Assembly (NCBI GenBank): GCA_964405975.1
Contig: CAYOPW010000003.1
Coordinates: 1,354-65,353 of the forward strand
Source: an uncultured Hyphomicrobium sp.
Lineage (GTDB): Bacteria > Pseudomonadota > Alphaproteobacteria > Rhizobiales > Hyphomicrobiaceae
Length of the DNA: 64,000 nt
Direction: 5' to 3'
Part shown: positions 48,043 to 58,403 of the stretch, one piece after another
Layout of the letters: each line of letters starts with the position of its first letter
Numbering within the stretch: the first letter of the stretch is position 1
Translations under genes and position numbers: made by a program
The notes under the pieces: model-generated
The model's input: the letters and a program-made list of their open reading frames with translations, nothing else
Databases searched by the model: none
What the model was told of the DNA's origin: nothing

Positions 48043-50612
48043 CGGCAGAAGCGCTCTCTCCAACCCCTGACGTTCAAGAGTGGCGGCTTCCGCGCCTATT
48101 GGGAATTGCAGCGCGTGAACTGCGCAGTGGACTCTCGGGCTTTCGTATTTTTATCGCTTGTGTAGCGCTTGGCGTCACGGTGATCACCGGCGTTGGAGCA
48201 GTTTCCGACGCCTTGCGCGCGGGCTTCGAGCGTCAAGGAGAAGCGATCTTAGGTGGCGACGCGACGTTATCGCGTATGCATGTGCGTTCCAAAGGAGCAG
48301 AGCGCGCGGCACTTTCAAACCTTGGCACGTTAAGCGAAACCGCCACCATGCGTACAATGGCGCGCCGGACAGACGGCTCTGATCAGGCACTAGCCGAGCT
48401 AAAGATCGTGGACGCCAACTATCCCCTCGTTGGCGCGGTGGAGCTGGGCAATGCCGTTCCATTGCAAGAGGCCCTGCGCCGTGGCGCGATCGTCGACCCC
48501 ATTCTTCTCGAACGCCTCGGACTCAACGTCGGCGACTATATGAAGCTTGGAGCCAAGAAGGTTGAGATTAGCGGGACCATCAAATCGGAACCAGATGGCA
48601 TTGCCGACCGGCTGACGTACGGGCCGCGCGTCTTAGTTTCGCTTGAGACGTTGGAGAAGACCGGTCTCGTCAGGCCCGGGACACTTATTCGTTGGCGATA
48701 TGCGCTGAAGCTCGACCCTGACCGGTCTGCGACCGTAGAAAAATTGCTGGCGCTGCGCGAGCGAATTGGTTCTGATCTGCCCGAGTCGGGATTCACGATT
48801 CGCGATCGCCGCGACCCGTCGCCGCAAGTCAGCCAGGTGTTGGAGCGCTTGCGTCAGTTTTTGACGCTTATTGGTCTTACAGCGCTGCTCGTCGGCGGCG
48901 TTGGGGTCGCCAATGCAGTCGCCACCTTTATTGATAAGCGCCGCAAGGTGATTGCGACGATGAAGAGCATCGGTGCGACGAGCCGCATGGTTCTCGTTGT
49001 CTTTCTTGCGCAGATCGCCCTGGTTACCGTGATCGGGATCGCCGTCGGTTTATTGCTCGGAATCCTGCTGCCGATTGTCTTGAATGCGCTCTACGGCGAC
49101 ATCGTGCCGATCCAGGCCGAGATCACCGTTTCGGCTTTGAGTATTTTGTCTGCCGCGGTCTACGGCTTCGCCGTGGCCATGCTCTTTACCGTTTGGCCGC
49201 TCGGCAGCGTTGAGCGCGTGAGCGCCAGCGTCCTTTTTCGCGACGAAGTTGCGCCGGAACGCACATGGCCGCGCGCTTGGGTCGTTGGCGCCACGATCGC
49301 GTTGGCCTTGGCGCTCGTCGCATTTGCCCTCGCCACGTCCGACTCGAAGCGCATTGCGCTCTATTTCTGCGGTGGCCTTGTCGTAATGTTCGCCGTGTTT
49401 ATTGCCCTGGGCACTGCCGTAACGTGGGTTGCGCGGCGCGTTCCCCGCCCGCGCCTGCCAGAGCTTTCACTTGCTATCGGCAATCTTGGGGCGCCGGGGG
49501 GACTGACGCGCTCGGTCGTGCTGTCGCTGGGCGCCGGCTTGTCACTGCTCGTTGCGGTCGCACTTGCGGACGCTTCGCTTGTTAAAGAATTGCGTGAACG
49601 TCTGCCCGTCCGGTCTCCCGACTATTTTGTGCTCGATATTCCCAAGGCTGAATATCCAGCGATTACCGCGCTCGTTCAGGGCGAGGTTCCCGGCACCGTC
49701 GTTGAGGACGCCCCGATGCTGCGCGGCCGGCTTGTTCGCCTGAACGGAACGCCGGTCGAACAAATCAAAGCCCCGCCCGAGGCGCAGTGGGTGCTGAACG
49801 GCGACCGCGGCCTGTCCTATTCCGACACCGTGCCCGAAGGTTCGAAAGTCAAGGCCGGGGAATGGTGGGAGGCCGATTATGCCGGCCAGCCGCTCGTGTC
49901 GTTTGAGGTTGAGCTTGCACAGAAGCTCGGTCTGAAACTCGGTGATACGGTGACGGTCAACATCCTCGGCCGCAACGTTACGGCACGCATCGCAAACTTG
50001 CGCGAGGTAAAGTGGGAAAGCCTTGCCATCAACTTCGTGATGGTGTTCTCACCCAACACACTAAAAGGCGCGCCGCACAATCTTCTCGCAACAATTTCGC
50101 TTCCGCCGGGCACACCTATGGTCACCGAAGCCCAGGTTGTTCGCACCTTGGGGCGTGCCTACCCTTCGGTTACCGCAATTCGCGTCAGGGACGTGCTGGA
50201 TGCCTTCAACGCTGTTTTCACGAAGGTAATGACAGCAATCCGCGTTGCGGGCAGCGTGACACTCCTCGCCGGCGCCTTGGTGCTCGCTGGTGCGCTTGCG
50301 ACCGCGCAGCGCCGCCGCATCCTGGAGGCAGTGATCTTGAAGACGCTCGGCGCTACACGACGGCGTATCCTCACCTCGCATGTGCTGGAGTATGTGCTGC
50401 TTGCCGCCGTGACGGCCTTGTTTGCCGTGGCACTAGGGTCAATCGCGGCGTGGATTGCCGTCACGGAGGTGATGAAAATCCCGTTTAGCTTCTCGCTCTC
50501 TGCCGTCGCCTTGGCGCTCTTGCTTTCGACGGGGCTGGTGCTGCTATTTGGCGGCGCAGGGACGTGGGCGGTGCTGCGCGCACCGGCTGTGCCCTTCCTG
50601 CGGTCTGAGTGA
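48039..50612 (+). CDS. FtsX-like ABC transporter permease (YbbP-like, duplicated FtsX domains)
   Basis: 857 aa and multi-TM. An ATGA overlap couples it to the ATPase gene. Confidence 0.85.
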   Translation: MTAEALSPTPDVQEWRLPRLLGIAARELRSGLSGFRIFIACVALGVTVITGVGAVSDALRAGFERQGEAILGGDATLSRMHVRSKGAERAALSNLGTLSETATMRTMARRTDGSDQALAELKIVDANYPLVGAVELGNAVPLQEALRRGAIVDPILLERLGLNVGDYMKLGAKKVEISGTIKSEPDGIADRLTYGPRVLVSLETLEKTGLVRPGTLIRWRYALKLDPDRSATVEKLLALRERIGSDLPESGFTIRDRRDPSPQVSQVLERLRQFLTLIGLTALLVGGVGVANAVATFIDKRRKVIATMKSIGATSRMVLVVFLAQIALVTVIGIAVGLLLGILLPIVLNALYGDIVPIQAEITVSALSILSAAVYGFAVAMLFTVWPLGSVERVSASVLFRDEVAPERTWPRAWVVGATIALALALVAFALATSDSKRIALYFCGGLVVMFAVFIALGTAVTWVARRVPRPRLPELSLAIGNLGAPGGLTRSVVLSLGAGLSLLVAVALADASLVKELRERLPVRSPDYFVLDIPKAEYPAITALVQGEVPGTVVEDAPMLRGRLVRLNGTPVEQIKAPPEAQWVLNGDRGLSYSDTVPEGSKVKAGEWWEADYAGQPLVSFEVELAQKLGLKLGDTVTVNILGRNVTARIANLREVKWESLAINFVMVFSPNTLKGAPHNLLATISLPPGTPMVTEAQVVRTLGRAYPSVTAIRVRDVLDAFNAVFTKVMTAIRVAGSVTLLAGALVLAGALATAQRRRILEAVILKTLGATRRRILTSHVLEYVLLAAVTALFAVALGSIAAWIAVTEVMKIPFSFSLSAVALALLLSTGLVLLFGGAGTWAVLRAPAVPFLRSE

Positions 50613-50760
50613 TGGAAGGTTAAGAAGCCGCCGAATCGGGCCCCAGAATGTCTGTATTACAGGCAAAATCAGGGGTTGCACGTCTTGAAAGGGACGCACT
50701 GGCAGCGCATATTCTTCTCATGATTTGGCAATTCTCGCCGGACCAATAAGGGAAGGACCC

Positions 50761-51504
50761 ATGGCTCAGCTCGACAACAGATACGCGCAATCTGGAACCG
50801 CCGCCCGTGCAGGTGCAGCGGTCGATGAAGGGCTGCGCTCATACATGCTCGGCGTCTACAACTACATGGCGGCAGGCGTGGCGCTGACCGGCATCGTCGC
50901 TTACCTTACCTACACAATGGCCGTCAGCAATGGCGCGCTGACGCCGTTCGGACAGATGCTTTACACTTCACCGCTGAAATGGGTCGTCATGCTGGCGCCG
51001 CTTGGCTTCGTGCTCTTCCTGTCGTTCCGCGTTCAGAAGATGAGCGTAGGTGCTGCCCAGATCTCATTCTGGCTGTTTGCCGCCGTGATGGGCCTGTCGC
51101 TCTCGTCGATCTTCCTGATCTTCACCGGCCAGTCGATTACGCAGATCTTTTTCGTCACAGCGGCGGCCTTCGGCGGCCTAAGCTTGTGGGGCTATACGAC
51201 CAAGAAGGACCTCTCCGGCTGGGGCTCATTCTTGATCATGGGTGTGGTCGGCATCATCATCGCCGCGCTCGTGAATCTGTTCTTGCAGTCGGGCGCTCTG
51301 CAATTCGCCATTTCCGTAATTGGCGTTCTGGTCTTCGCCGGCCTCACCGCCTACGACACGCAGCGGATCAAGGATGGCTACCTGTTGGTTCGCAACGATG
51401 CGACGATGGTTGCAAAGAGTGCCATTATGGGGGCGTTGAGCCTCTACCTCGACTTCATCAACATGTTCTTGTTCTTGCTGCAGCTGTTCGGCAACCGCCA
51501 GTAG
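50761..51504 (+). CDS. Bax inhibitor-1/YccA (YbhL) family membrane protein
   Basis: 7 TM. GLRSYMLGVYNYMAAGVALTG and the C-terminal YLDFINMFLFLLQLFG. Start trimmed to ATG 50761, preceded by GGAAGGA. Confidence 0.9.
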   Translation: MAQLDNRYAQSGTAARAGAAVDEGLRSYMLGVYNYMAAGVALTGIVAYLTYTMAVSNGALTPFGQMLYTSPLKWVVMLAPLGFVLFLSFRVQKMSVGAAQISFWLFAAVMGLSLSSIFLIFTGQSITQIFFVTAAAFGGLSLWGYTTKKDLSGWGSFLIMGVVGIIIAALVNLFLQSGALQFAISVIGVLVFAGLTAYDTQRIKDGYLLVRNDATMVAKSAIMGALSLYLDFINMFLFLLQLFGNRQ

Positions 51505-51534
51505 CCGCTCAACATCGAGGCCTGAATTTTTGCA

Positions 51535-51561
51535 AAGAGCCCCGCTTAGGCGGGGCTCTTT
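51535..51561 (+). terminator. stem-loop terminator between convergent genes
   Basis: An 11-bp stem AAGAGCCCCGC-ttag-GCGGGGCTCTT followed by T. It sits between the BI-1 gene (+) and the DUF2794 gene (-). Confidence 0.65.
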
Positions 51562-51581
51562 AGCATTGTGGAGTTGAGTGT

Positions 51582-51962
51582 CTAAACCGCGACGAGGCGT
51601 ATGCGATCTTCCAGAACGCGCAGAACGCGGCCCAAATCATGGCCCCGTTTCAAGATCAAGCCTGCCGGCGCAACCACGCTATAGGTGCCCTGTTTGCGCG
51701 CGAGCCGGGGGCATTTTTCGATTCGGTAGAGAGGGTACTCGCTCGAACGCCGAAAAACGGAAAATACCGCCTTGTCCCGGCCGACGTCGATGGCGTAGTC
51801 ACGCCACTCGCCCGCTGCGACCTTACGGCCGTAAACGGCAAGAATAGTGCTCAATTCGTGCCGATCGAATGCTGCGAAGGGCCCTATATCCGGCCCGACC
51901 CCTTTGAGTGGAAACCTGCCCGCCCGACGCGGGCTCAAAACTATGGGCTCCGATTCGCTCAA
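51582..51962 (-). CDS. DUF2794 domain protein
   Basis: FDRHELSTILAVYGRKVAAGEWRDYAIDVGRDKAVFSVFRRSSEYPLYRIEK matches the DUF2794 family as I remember it. Confidence 0.7.
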   Translation of the reverse strand: MSESEPIVLSPRRAGRFPLKGVGPDIGPFAAFDRHELSTILAVYGRKVAAGEWRDYAIDVGRDKAVFSVFRRSSEYPLYRIEKCPRLARKQGTYSVVAPAGLILKRGHDLGRVLRVLEDRIRLVAV

Positions 51963-52164
51963 GGGCGCCTCCTTGTCATTATCTGATTATGATCGCGCTG
52001 GGCGGCGTTAATTTCAAGGGGCTGGTGACCACGATCGTCTGCTGCGGTGCGCAACTGCCGCACCTAACGGGCAGTGGGGGCACGGAAATTCCCCGACTTG
52101 GCCTGATTGAGGACCCGCCCTGGTCAATGAACTGCCTCAAAGCGCTGCGTATTATTCGTTGTTG

Positions 52165-52320
52165 CCTCTTGGCCCGGTCCTGAAAGAGAGGCCCTGGATT
52201 CTCAGCCCCCCAGCCCCCAGGGCGTCTTCGACGGACCGGGCCACATTAGGCAGCTACCCAAATGCACCTCGCTCTCAGGAGCGCCTGTAAGGACCGGTTT
52301 GTAACCGGTCCAATTTTTTG
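52165..52320 (+). ncRNA. candidate structured RNA (sRNA or transcription-attenuating leader of dcp)
   Basis: A long hairpin has a 10-bp outer stem (52171-52180 with 52233-52242). Its 7-bp inner stem pairs 52191-52197 with 52217-52223, closing a C-rich apical loop. A small hairpin follows at 52270-52283. The terminator GGACCGGTT-tgt-AACCGGTCC comes next, followed by AA plus six T. Confidence 0.45.
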
Positions 52321-52453
52321 CCCTTCGCGCTTGCGGCATCGCGGCAAATGTCTATTCCGATGGCACGTCAGATTTCAGCTTTCCTAGAGGACCAAGCATC
52401 CGGTGACGAAGCGCGCGCCCCAAAGAAAGGTTAACCCCAAAAGCAAGGCAAAT

Positions 52454-54526
52454 ATGTCAGCGCGATCGCGCAAGCCACGGCGCGCTGATCCGATTGCCAA
52501 TCCCCTGCTTGGCCGGTGGTCGACGCCGTTTGGCGTCCCGCCCTTCGATAAGATCGTACCCGGTGACTTCGGCCCGGCGTTCAAGGTCGCGATGGCCGCC
52601 CACAAAAAGGAGATCGGCCAGCTTATCGCTCAGACGGCTCGGCCCACATTCGCCAACACCATCACCGCACTTGAAAAAAGCGGTCGCCAGCTCGATAGGG
52701 TGAGCCGCGTCTTCTTCAATCTTGCCGGGACGGACTCAAATGAAGAGCTGCAGCGCATCGAACGGGAGGCCGTCGCGCACCTTGCTGCGCATCAAACCAA
52801 CGTTCTTCTCAATGCAAAATTGTTCAGGCGTGTGGATGATCTTTACCGGCGGCGCAATCGTTTGCGTTTGACGGACGAGCAGCTTCGTGTCCTTGAACGC
52901 CACCACATGTGGTTCGTACGGGCGGGCGCCAAGCTGAATAGGAAGGAAAAGTCGCGCGTTGCCGCAATTAACGAACGGCTAGCATTACTCGCAACGCAAT
53001 TCACTCAAAATGTCCTTAAGGACGAGCAGTCGTGGCGGCTGGTTCTGGACGAAGAGCGCGATCTTGCAGGATTGTCGCCGGCGCTGCGGGCATCTGCCGC
53101 TCGTGCCGCCGCTGAAATCGGGCTGCCAGACAAACACGTCATTACGCTCTCGCGATCGAGCATTGAGCCCTTCCTGCAGTTTTCCGACCGGCGTGACTTG
53201 CGCGAGGAGGCATTCAACGCTTGGATCAAGCGGGGCGAGACGGACGAGGCGACGGATAATCGCGCCATTGCCGCTGAAGTTGTGCGCCTAAGGGCGGAGC
53301 TGGCTGGTCTGTTGGGCTATGAAAGCTACGCCGACTATGCGCTTAAGGAAACGATGGCCAAGACGCCGGCAGCGGTGCGTGAGCTGCTTGAGGCGGTATG
53401 GCCAGCGGCCGTGAAACGCGCTGCGAAAGAGCGTGAAGCCTTGGTACAACGTGCACGCGCGGAAGGCGGCAACTTTACGATCGCGGCATGGGATTGGCGC
53501 TACTTCGCCGAGAAAGAGCGCAAAGCACGATACGATCTCGATGATGCCGATACACGTCCCTACTTCAAACTCGATAATGTCATTGCTGCAGCTTTCGACA
53601 CGGCCACGAGGCTGTTCGGAATTCGTTTCAAGGAGCGCGACGACGTCCCGCGCTATCATCATGAAGTGCGCATTTGGGAGGTGACTGACCGGCGCGGCAA
53701 ATTCGTTGGTCTTTTTCTTGGCGACTATTTTGCCCGGCCGTCAAAGCGATCTGGGGCGTGGATGAGCAGTTTTCGCTCCCAATCCAAAGTTGCCGGGGAT
53801 GTCCGCCCAATCATTGTCAACGTTATGAACTTTGCGCAAGGCGCCGAGGGTGATCCAACATTGTTGTCACTCGGGGACGCGCGCGTGCTTTTCCATGAGT
53901 TCGGACATGCATTGCACGGGCTTTTATCCAACGTCACGTACCCATCCATTTCTGGCACGAGCGTCGCTCGCGACTTTGTTGAGCTGCCCTCTCAACTCTA
54001 CGAGCACTGGCTTATGGTGCCTGATGTGCTGCAACGCTTCGCGGTGCACTATAAGACCGGAAAGGCCATGCCGCAGAAGTTGCTGGCGAAGATCAACAAG
54101 GCACGCAACTTCAACCAAGGTTTTGCAACCGTAGAGTACGCGGCATCGGCTCTTGTTGACATGGAACTCCACGGCACCGCCGACAACGGAGATCTAGACG
54201 TCAACGACTTCGAGCGCGAGACGCTAGAGCGCATTGGCATGCCGAGCGAAATAGTTATGCGGCACCGCATCCCGCATTTCCTGCACATAATGGGCGGGTA
54301 CGCGGCGGGATACTACAGCTACCTTTGGTCGGAGGTGATGGACGCGGATGCCTTTGCCGCCTTCGAGGAGACCGGTGATGTGTTTGATCGGGCGACGGCG
54401 CGCAAACTCAAGAAGCATATTTATGCGGCGGGAAATGCGCGCGATCCACTGGGGGCCTACGTCGCCTTTCGCGGCCGGCCGCCAGAGGTCAAGGGGCTCT
54501 TGAAGAAGCGCGGTTTCTCGAGTTAA
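52454..54526 (+). CDS. dcp: M3-family peptidyl-dipeptidase Dcp
   Basis: The zinc motif LFHEFGHALHG and collinearity with Dcp/oligopeptidase A. Start trimmed to ATG 52454. GTG 52403 is also possible. Confidence 0.9.
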   Translation: MSARSRKPRRADPIANPLLGRWSTPFGVPPFDKIVPGDFGPAFKVAMAAHKKEIGQLIAQTARPTFANTITALEKSGRQLDRVSRVFFNLAGTDSNEELQRIEREAVAHLAAHQTNVLLNAKLFRRVDDLYRRRNRLRLTDEQLRVLERHHMWFVRAGAKLNRKEKSRVAAINERLALLATQFTQNVLKDEQSWRLVLDEERDLAGLSPALRASAARAAAEIGLPDKHVITLSRSSIEPFLQFSDRRDLREEAFNAWIKRGETDEATDNRAIAAEVVRLRAELAGLLGYESYADYALKETMAKTPAAVRELLEAVWPAAVKRAAKEREALVQRARAEGGNFTIAAWDWRYFAEKERKARYDLDDADTRPYFKLDNVIAAAFDTATRLFGIRFKERDDVPRYHHEVRIWEVTDRRGKFVGLFLGDYFARPSKRSGAWMSSFRSQSKVAGDVRPIIVNVMNFAQGAEGDPTLLSLGDARVLFHEFGHALHGLLSNVTYPSISGTSVARDFVELPSQLYEHWLMVPDVLQRFAVHYKTGKAMPQKLLAKINKARNFNQGFATVEYAASALVDMELHGTADNGDLDVNDFERETLERIGMPSEIVMRHRIPHFLHIMGGYAAGYYSYLWSEVMDADAFAAFEETGDVFDRATARKLKKHIYAAGNARDPLGAYVAFRGRPPEVKGLLKKRGFSS

Positions 54527-54538
54527 AGGCACACAGCC

Positions 54539-55297
54539 CTACCACAAGCCGGTCCATGCCGCACCGATGATTGGACCCCCTCTACCTTCCTGGAGTAGCA
54601 CGACACTGGCTTCCGTTTCTGGCCGCATGATTGCAGTGCGGGCCAAAGCCACGCTCAGTGGCTTGCCTTTCCATACGCCGACAGGTGACATCTCCCGCAC
54701 GATGTTCGTGTAGGTCAGCGTCTTGCCCTTGTTCTCGCCCTGCTTAACTGGAACCTTGGCGGACTTCTGCACGACGGCGAACCAGACAATTGCCTGCTTG
54801 AGATTGGCGCCAGCCGGCGCTGCGCCTACCTCGATGTAAATCGTGTTGCGCTCGTGCCAGAAGCGAATCGGCACGCGCATTGACTTTAGCTCGCCCTCGG
54901 TTGTCTTTATCGCCTTCTCGATCTCACCCGGCTTGCTGCCGTTGACGCCCCTAAGACCGTTGACGACGACTTGCGGTGTGTAGATCGCGCCGTCTCCGCG
55001 CGCTTTAGCGTACGCCTTCTGCCGCTCGCTATTCTTCTGAGAGGCGAGGGTGTCTTTCCAGCCTAGATAGTCCCAGATATCGACGGGAAGCGTAATTGCA
55101 ATAATGTCGTCTCTTTCGGCATATTTTTGCAGTACCTTGTCTGCGGGCGGGCAGGTGTCGCAGCCCTGACTCGTGAAGAGTTCGAGCACGTTCTTTGGGG
55201 GCGGGAAAAACGGATCGAATGGGGCGGCGTGCACCGTCGCGCCAGAGGATGGGACGACGAGCGCCAACGCAAGAGCAAGAAATGGGGCCAACCGCAT
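54539..55297 (-). CDS. DUF1223 (thioredoxin-like) secreted protein
   Basis: A signal peptide, then LELFTSQGCDTCPPAD...WDYLGWKDTLA, typical of DUF1223. Confidence 0.75.
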   Translation of the reverse strand: MRLAPFLALALALVVPSSGATVHAAPFDPFFPPPKNVLELFTSQGCDTCPPADKVLQKYAERDDIIAITLPVDIWDYLGWKDTLASQKNSERQKAYAKARGDGAIYTPQVVVNGLRGVNGSKPGEIEKAIKTTEGELKSMRVPIRFWHERNTIYIEVGAAPAGANLKQAIVWFAVVQKSAKVPVKQGENKGKTLTYTNIVREMSPVGVWKGKPLSVALARTAIMRPETEASVVLLQEGRGGPIIGAAWTGLW

Positions 55298-55450
55298 TGA
55301 TGCAAACCTAAATCAAACACTGCTGTCGATAGAGTAAGTCCCGCGCGCGCGAGCTTCAACCGCGTGTCACAAAAGATTGAGTCACCCAAAGACGTAACGG
55401 CCTGTTTGATGGCGGCTTTTCGCATTGACGTGCTCGGTCATTATGCGGCC

Positions 55451-58168
55451 TCAAGCGGCGGCTAGATCTCGCAAGACGTAATGCAAAATACCGCCATTAT
55501 TAAAGTATTCGAGCTCATCGAGCGTATCGATCCGACAGCGGATCGGCACTTCTTTGGTGGCGCCATCGGCAAAAGTAATTTCGGCGGTTAGGGACTGACG
55601 CGGCGCAAGGTTAGCGAGGCCGCGAATCATTACAGTCTCGTCACCTTTTAGACCGAGCGTTTGCCAACTCGTGCCCTCATCAAAAACGAACGGCAGCACA
55701 CCCATGCCAACCAAGTTCGATCGGTGAATGCGCTCAAACGACTGTGCTATGACCGCTCTAACGCCGAGCAGTTTCGTACCCTTTGCTGCCCAGTCGCGAG
55801 ATGACCCATTGCCGTACTCCGTGCCAGCGAAGACGACGAGCGGTACGCCGTCTTTACGATAACGCATGGCCGCGTCGTAGATCGACATGACCTCGCCGGA
55901 AGGATGGTGAACGGTGAAGCCACCCTCTATGACGTTCCCAGCGGAGTCTTTGGCCATGTGGTTCTTGATGCGGATGTTGGCGAACGTTCCCCGCATCATG
56001 ACTTCATGATTCCCGCGTCGCGTGCCGTACTGATTGAAGTCTGCGATCGCAACGTCGCGGCCGGTTAGGTATTCTCCAGCGGGCGATGACGGTTTAATCG
56101 CTCCGGCCGGTGAGATGTGATCGGTTGTGATCTTATCGCCAAACAACCCCAGTATGCGCGCGCCGGTGATGTCAGAAATGGGATCGGGCGCTTTGCTTAT
56201 GCCTTCAAAGTATGGCGGATTGCGCACGTAAGTGGAAGTGCCGTCCCAGCTATAGGTCAGGCTGCCCGGGACATCGATGGCGCGCCAGCTTGCATCGCCG
56301 TCAAATACGTCGGCGTAGCGCTCAACGAACAGCTCCTTTGTGATGTTCTCTGCGATGAACTTCTGGATTTCCTGCGAGGAGGGCCAGATATCCTTCAAGA
56401 ACACCGGCTGCCCGTCTTTCCCAGTGCCGAGGGGCTCTTGCGTCAAGTCCTTTTGCACAGAACCAGCTAGCGCATAGGCAACGACAAGCGGCGGGGAGGC
56501 CAGATAGTTGGCCTGAACATCGGGACTGATGCGACCTTCGAAGTTGCGATTTCCAGACAGAACCGCGGCAGCGACGATGCTGTTATCGTTTATCGCTTTG
56601 GAAATTTCGGATGCGAGTGGACCGGAGTTTCCAATGCAGGTGGTACATCCAAACCCGACCAGGTTGAATCCAAGCTTGTCCAGGAACGGCTGAAGTCCCG
56701 CCGAGTCTAGATATGCCGAGACGACCTGCGAGCCCGGCGCCAGCGACGTTTTCACCCACGGTTTGGTTTTTAGGCCTTTCTCGACGGCTGCGCGTGCGAG
56801 CAAGCCTGCTGCAATCAACACGCTGGGGTTTGACGTATTGGTGCAGCTAGTGATTGCTGCGATGACGACATCGCCATGCCCGATGTCAAAATCGCGGCCC
56901 GCGACCTCGACCCGTTTGGCAAGCTCGCCTGGCTTGTCATACTCGGTCTCGAGAGCCTTTGCGAAACCGGCGCTAGCATCAGTCAGTGCGATGCGCCCTT
57001 CCGGACGTTTAGGTCCTGCAAGCGAGGGAACCACGGTTCCCAGATCAAGCTCCAACGTAGCGGTAAAAATTGGGTCTGCGTGCTCAGCGGAGCGAAACAG
57101 TCCTTGCGCCTTTGCGTAAGCCTCGACCAGCGCGATGCGGTAGGGCTCACGTCCTGACATACCGAGGTAGTTCAGCGTCTCAGTGTCAATGGGGAAGAAA
57201 CCGCATGTCGCACCGTATTCCGGTGCCATGTTGGCAATCGTTGCGCGATCAGCGAGCGGCATCGTGTCCAGGCCGGAGCCGAAGAATTCAACGAATTTTC
57301 CAACGACCCCCTTCTGGCGAAGCATTTGTGTGACGGTGAGCACCAGGTCGGTTGCTGTCACCCCCTCATTGAGTTTGCCCGTAAGCTTGAAGCCGATGAC
57401 TTCGGGGATGAGCATCGATAATGGTTGGCCGAGCATAGCGGCCTCCGCTTCGATACCACCGACACCCCACCCAAGCACGGCGAGACCGTTGACCATTGTG
57501 GTATGGCTGTCGGTGCCGACGAGCGTGTCAGGATAGGCCAGCTTCGTGCCGTCGCTGAGCGTCTTTGTCCAAACGGTCTGCGCCAAGAACTCCAGGTTTA
57601 CTTGGTGGCATATGCCGGTTCCCGGCGGCACAACCCGAAAATTATCGAACGCGCCCTGGCCCCATTTTAAAAAATTGTACCGCTCGCCGTTGCGCTGATA
57701 CTCGTGCTCTACGTTGTGCTCGAACGCCTGCGGGCTGCCGAATTCATCTACGATGACCGAGTGATCAATGACGAGGTCGACGGGGACCAGAGGGTTGATC
57801 TTTTCGGGATCGCTGCCGAGGCTCTTCATGCCATCGCGCATGGCGGCGAGATCGACGACGGCAGGAACGCCAGTGAAGTCCTGCATCAATACTCTTGCGG
57901 GCCGGAAACCGATCTCCTTGCCGACCTTACCCTTATCCTGGGTCCAAGCTGCCATAGCCAAAATGTCGTCTTTGGTAACGGAACGGCCGTCCTCGTGTCG
58001 CAGCAGGTTCTCCAGCAGCACCTTCATTGAGAAGGGCAGCTTGGAGATCGCGGTTAGCCCATTCTTCTCAGCCTTCGCCAACGAGTAGTAGACGTACGTT
58101 CTCCCGTCGGCGACCAGCGTACTGCGGCAGTTGAAACTATCCAGCGCGTTGGTTGGCTTGTCGCTCAA
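55451..58168 (-). CDS. acnA: aconitate hydratase A
   Basis: 905 aa. The Fe-S ligand regions ([20 protein letters not shown]) and full-length collinearity with AcnA/IRP. Confidence 0.97.
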   Translation of the reverse strand: MSDKPTNALDSFNCRSTLVADGRTYVYYSLAKAEKNGLTAISKLPFSMKVLLENLLRHEDGRSVTKDDILAMAAWTQDKGKVGKEIGFRPARVLMQDFTGVPAVVDLAAMRDGMKSLGSDPEKINPLVPVDLVIDHSVIVDEFGSPQAFEHNVEHEYQRNGERYNFLKWGQGAFDNFRVVPPGTGICHQVNLEFLAQTVWTKTLSDGTKLAYPDTLVGTDSHTTMVNGLAVLGWGVGGIEAEAAMLGQPLSMLIPEVIGFKLTGKLNEGVTATDLVLTVTQMLRQKGVVGKFVEFFGSGLDTMPLADRATIANMAPEYGATCGFFPIDTETLNYLGMSGREPYRIALVEAYAKAQGLFRSAEHADPIFTATLELDLGTVVPSLAGPKRPEGRIALTDASAGFAKALETEYDKPGELAKRVEVAGRDFDIGHGDVVIAAITSCTNTSNPSVLIAAGLLARAAVEKGLKTKPWVKTSLAPGSQVVSAYLDSAGLQPFLDKLGFNLVGFGCTTCIGNSGPLASEISKAINDNSIVAAAVLSGNRNFEGRISPDVQANYLASPPLVVAYALAGSVQKDLTQEPLGTGKDGQPVFLKDIWPSSQEIQKFIAENITKELFVERYADVFDGDASWRAIDVPGSLTYSWDGTSTYVRNPPYFEGISKAPDPISDITGARILGLFGDKITTDHISPAGAIKPSSPAGEYLTGRDVAIADFNQYGTRRGNHEVMMRGTFANIRIKNHMAKDSAGNVIEGGFTVHHPSGEVMSIYDAAMRYRKDGVPLVVFAGTEYGNGSSRDWAAKGTKLLGVRAVIAQSFERIHRSNLVGMGVLPFVFDEGTSWQTLGLKGDETVMIRGLANLAPRQSLTAEITFADGATKEVPIRCRIDTLDELEYFNNGGILHYVLRDLAAA

Positions 58169-58403
58169 GTCGTCTTCTCCTCAGCATTCATGGGTCACCA
58201 AATCTTGGCGACCGGAACTTTAACCAGCTTGCGCCGTCCCTGCCGGGACTTGGCAAATGGGCGCGCATTTGCGCTGGCATCGATCGAAGTGTGCCCCTTA
58301 TATAGGCCGTCGCGCCCTGGGGCCAGCGAGCTTCCTTCCGCTATTCTGCGGGAATTTCCAGCTGCTTCGCCAGAGCATTTTGCCACGCGGATGATCAACG
58401 CCT

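Noticed and set aside
51908-52183. The 91-aa plus-strand ORF in the same gap.
   Set aside because: It has no SD and its 5' part overlaps the DUF2794 start region in antisense. Its composition is unremarkable. Only its last 18 codons are mentioned, as a speculative leader peptide.
51963-52453. tRNA, tmRNA (two-piece alphaproteobacterial type), SRP or 6S RNA in the long DUF2794-dcp gap.
   Set aside because: There is no T-loop (GGTTCGA-type) or acceptor/CCA context, no ANDN...-type tag reading frame, and no SRP core. The fold is not the long bulged 6S helix.
58169-58403. An iron-responsive operator (Irr ICE box, Fur or RirA box) in the acnA-ccmA divergent region.
   Set aside because: No TTTAGAA-N3-TTCTAAA-like or other convincing palindrome is visible, so nothing can be supported from the sequence.
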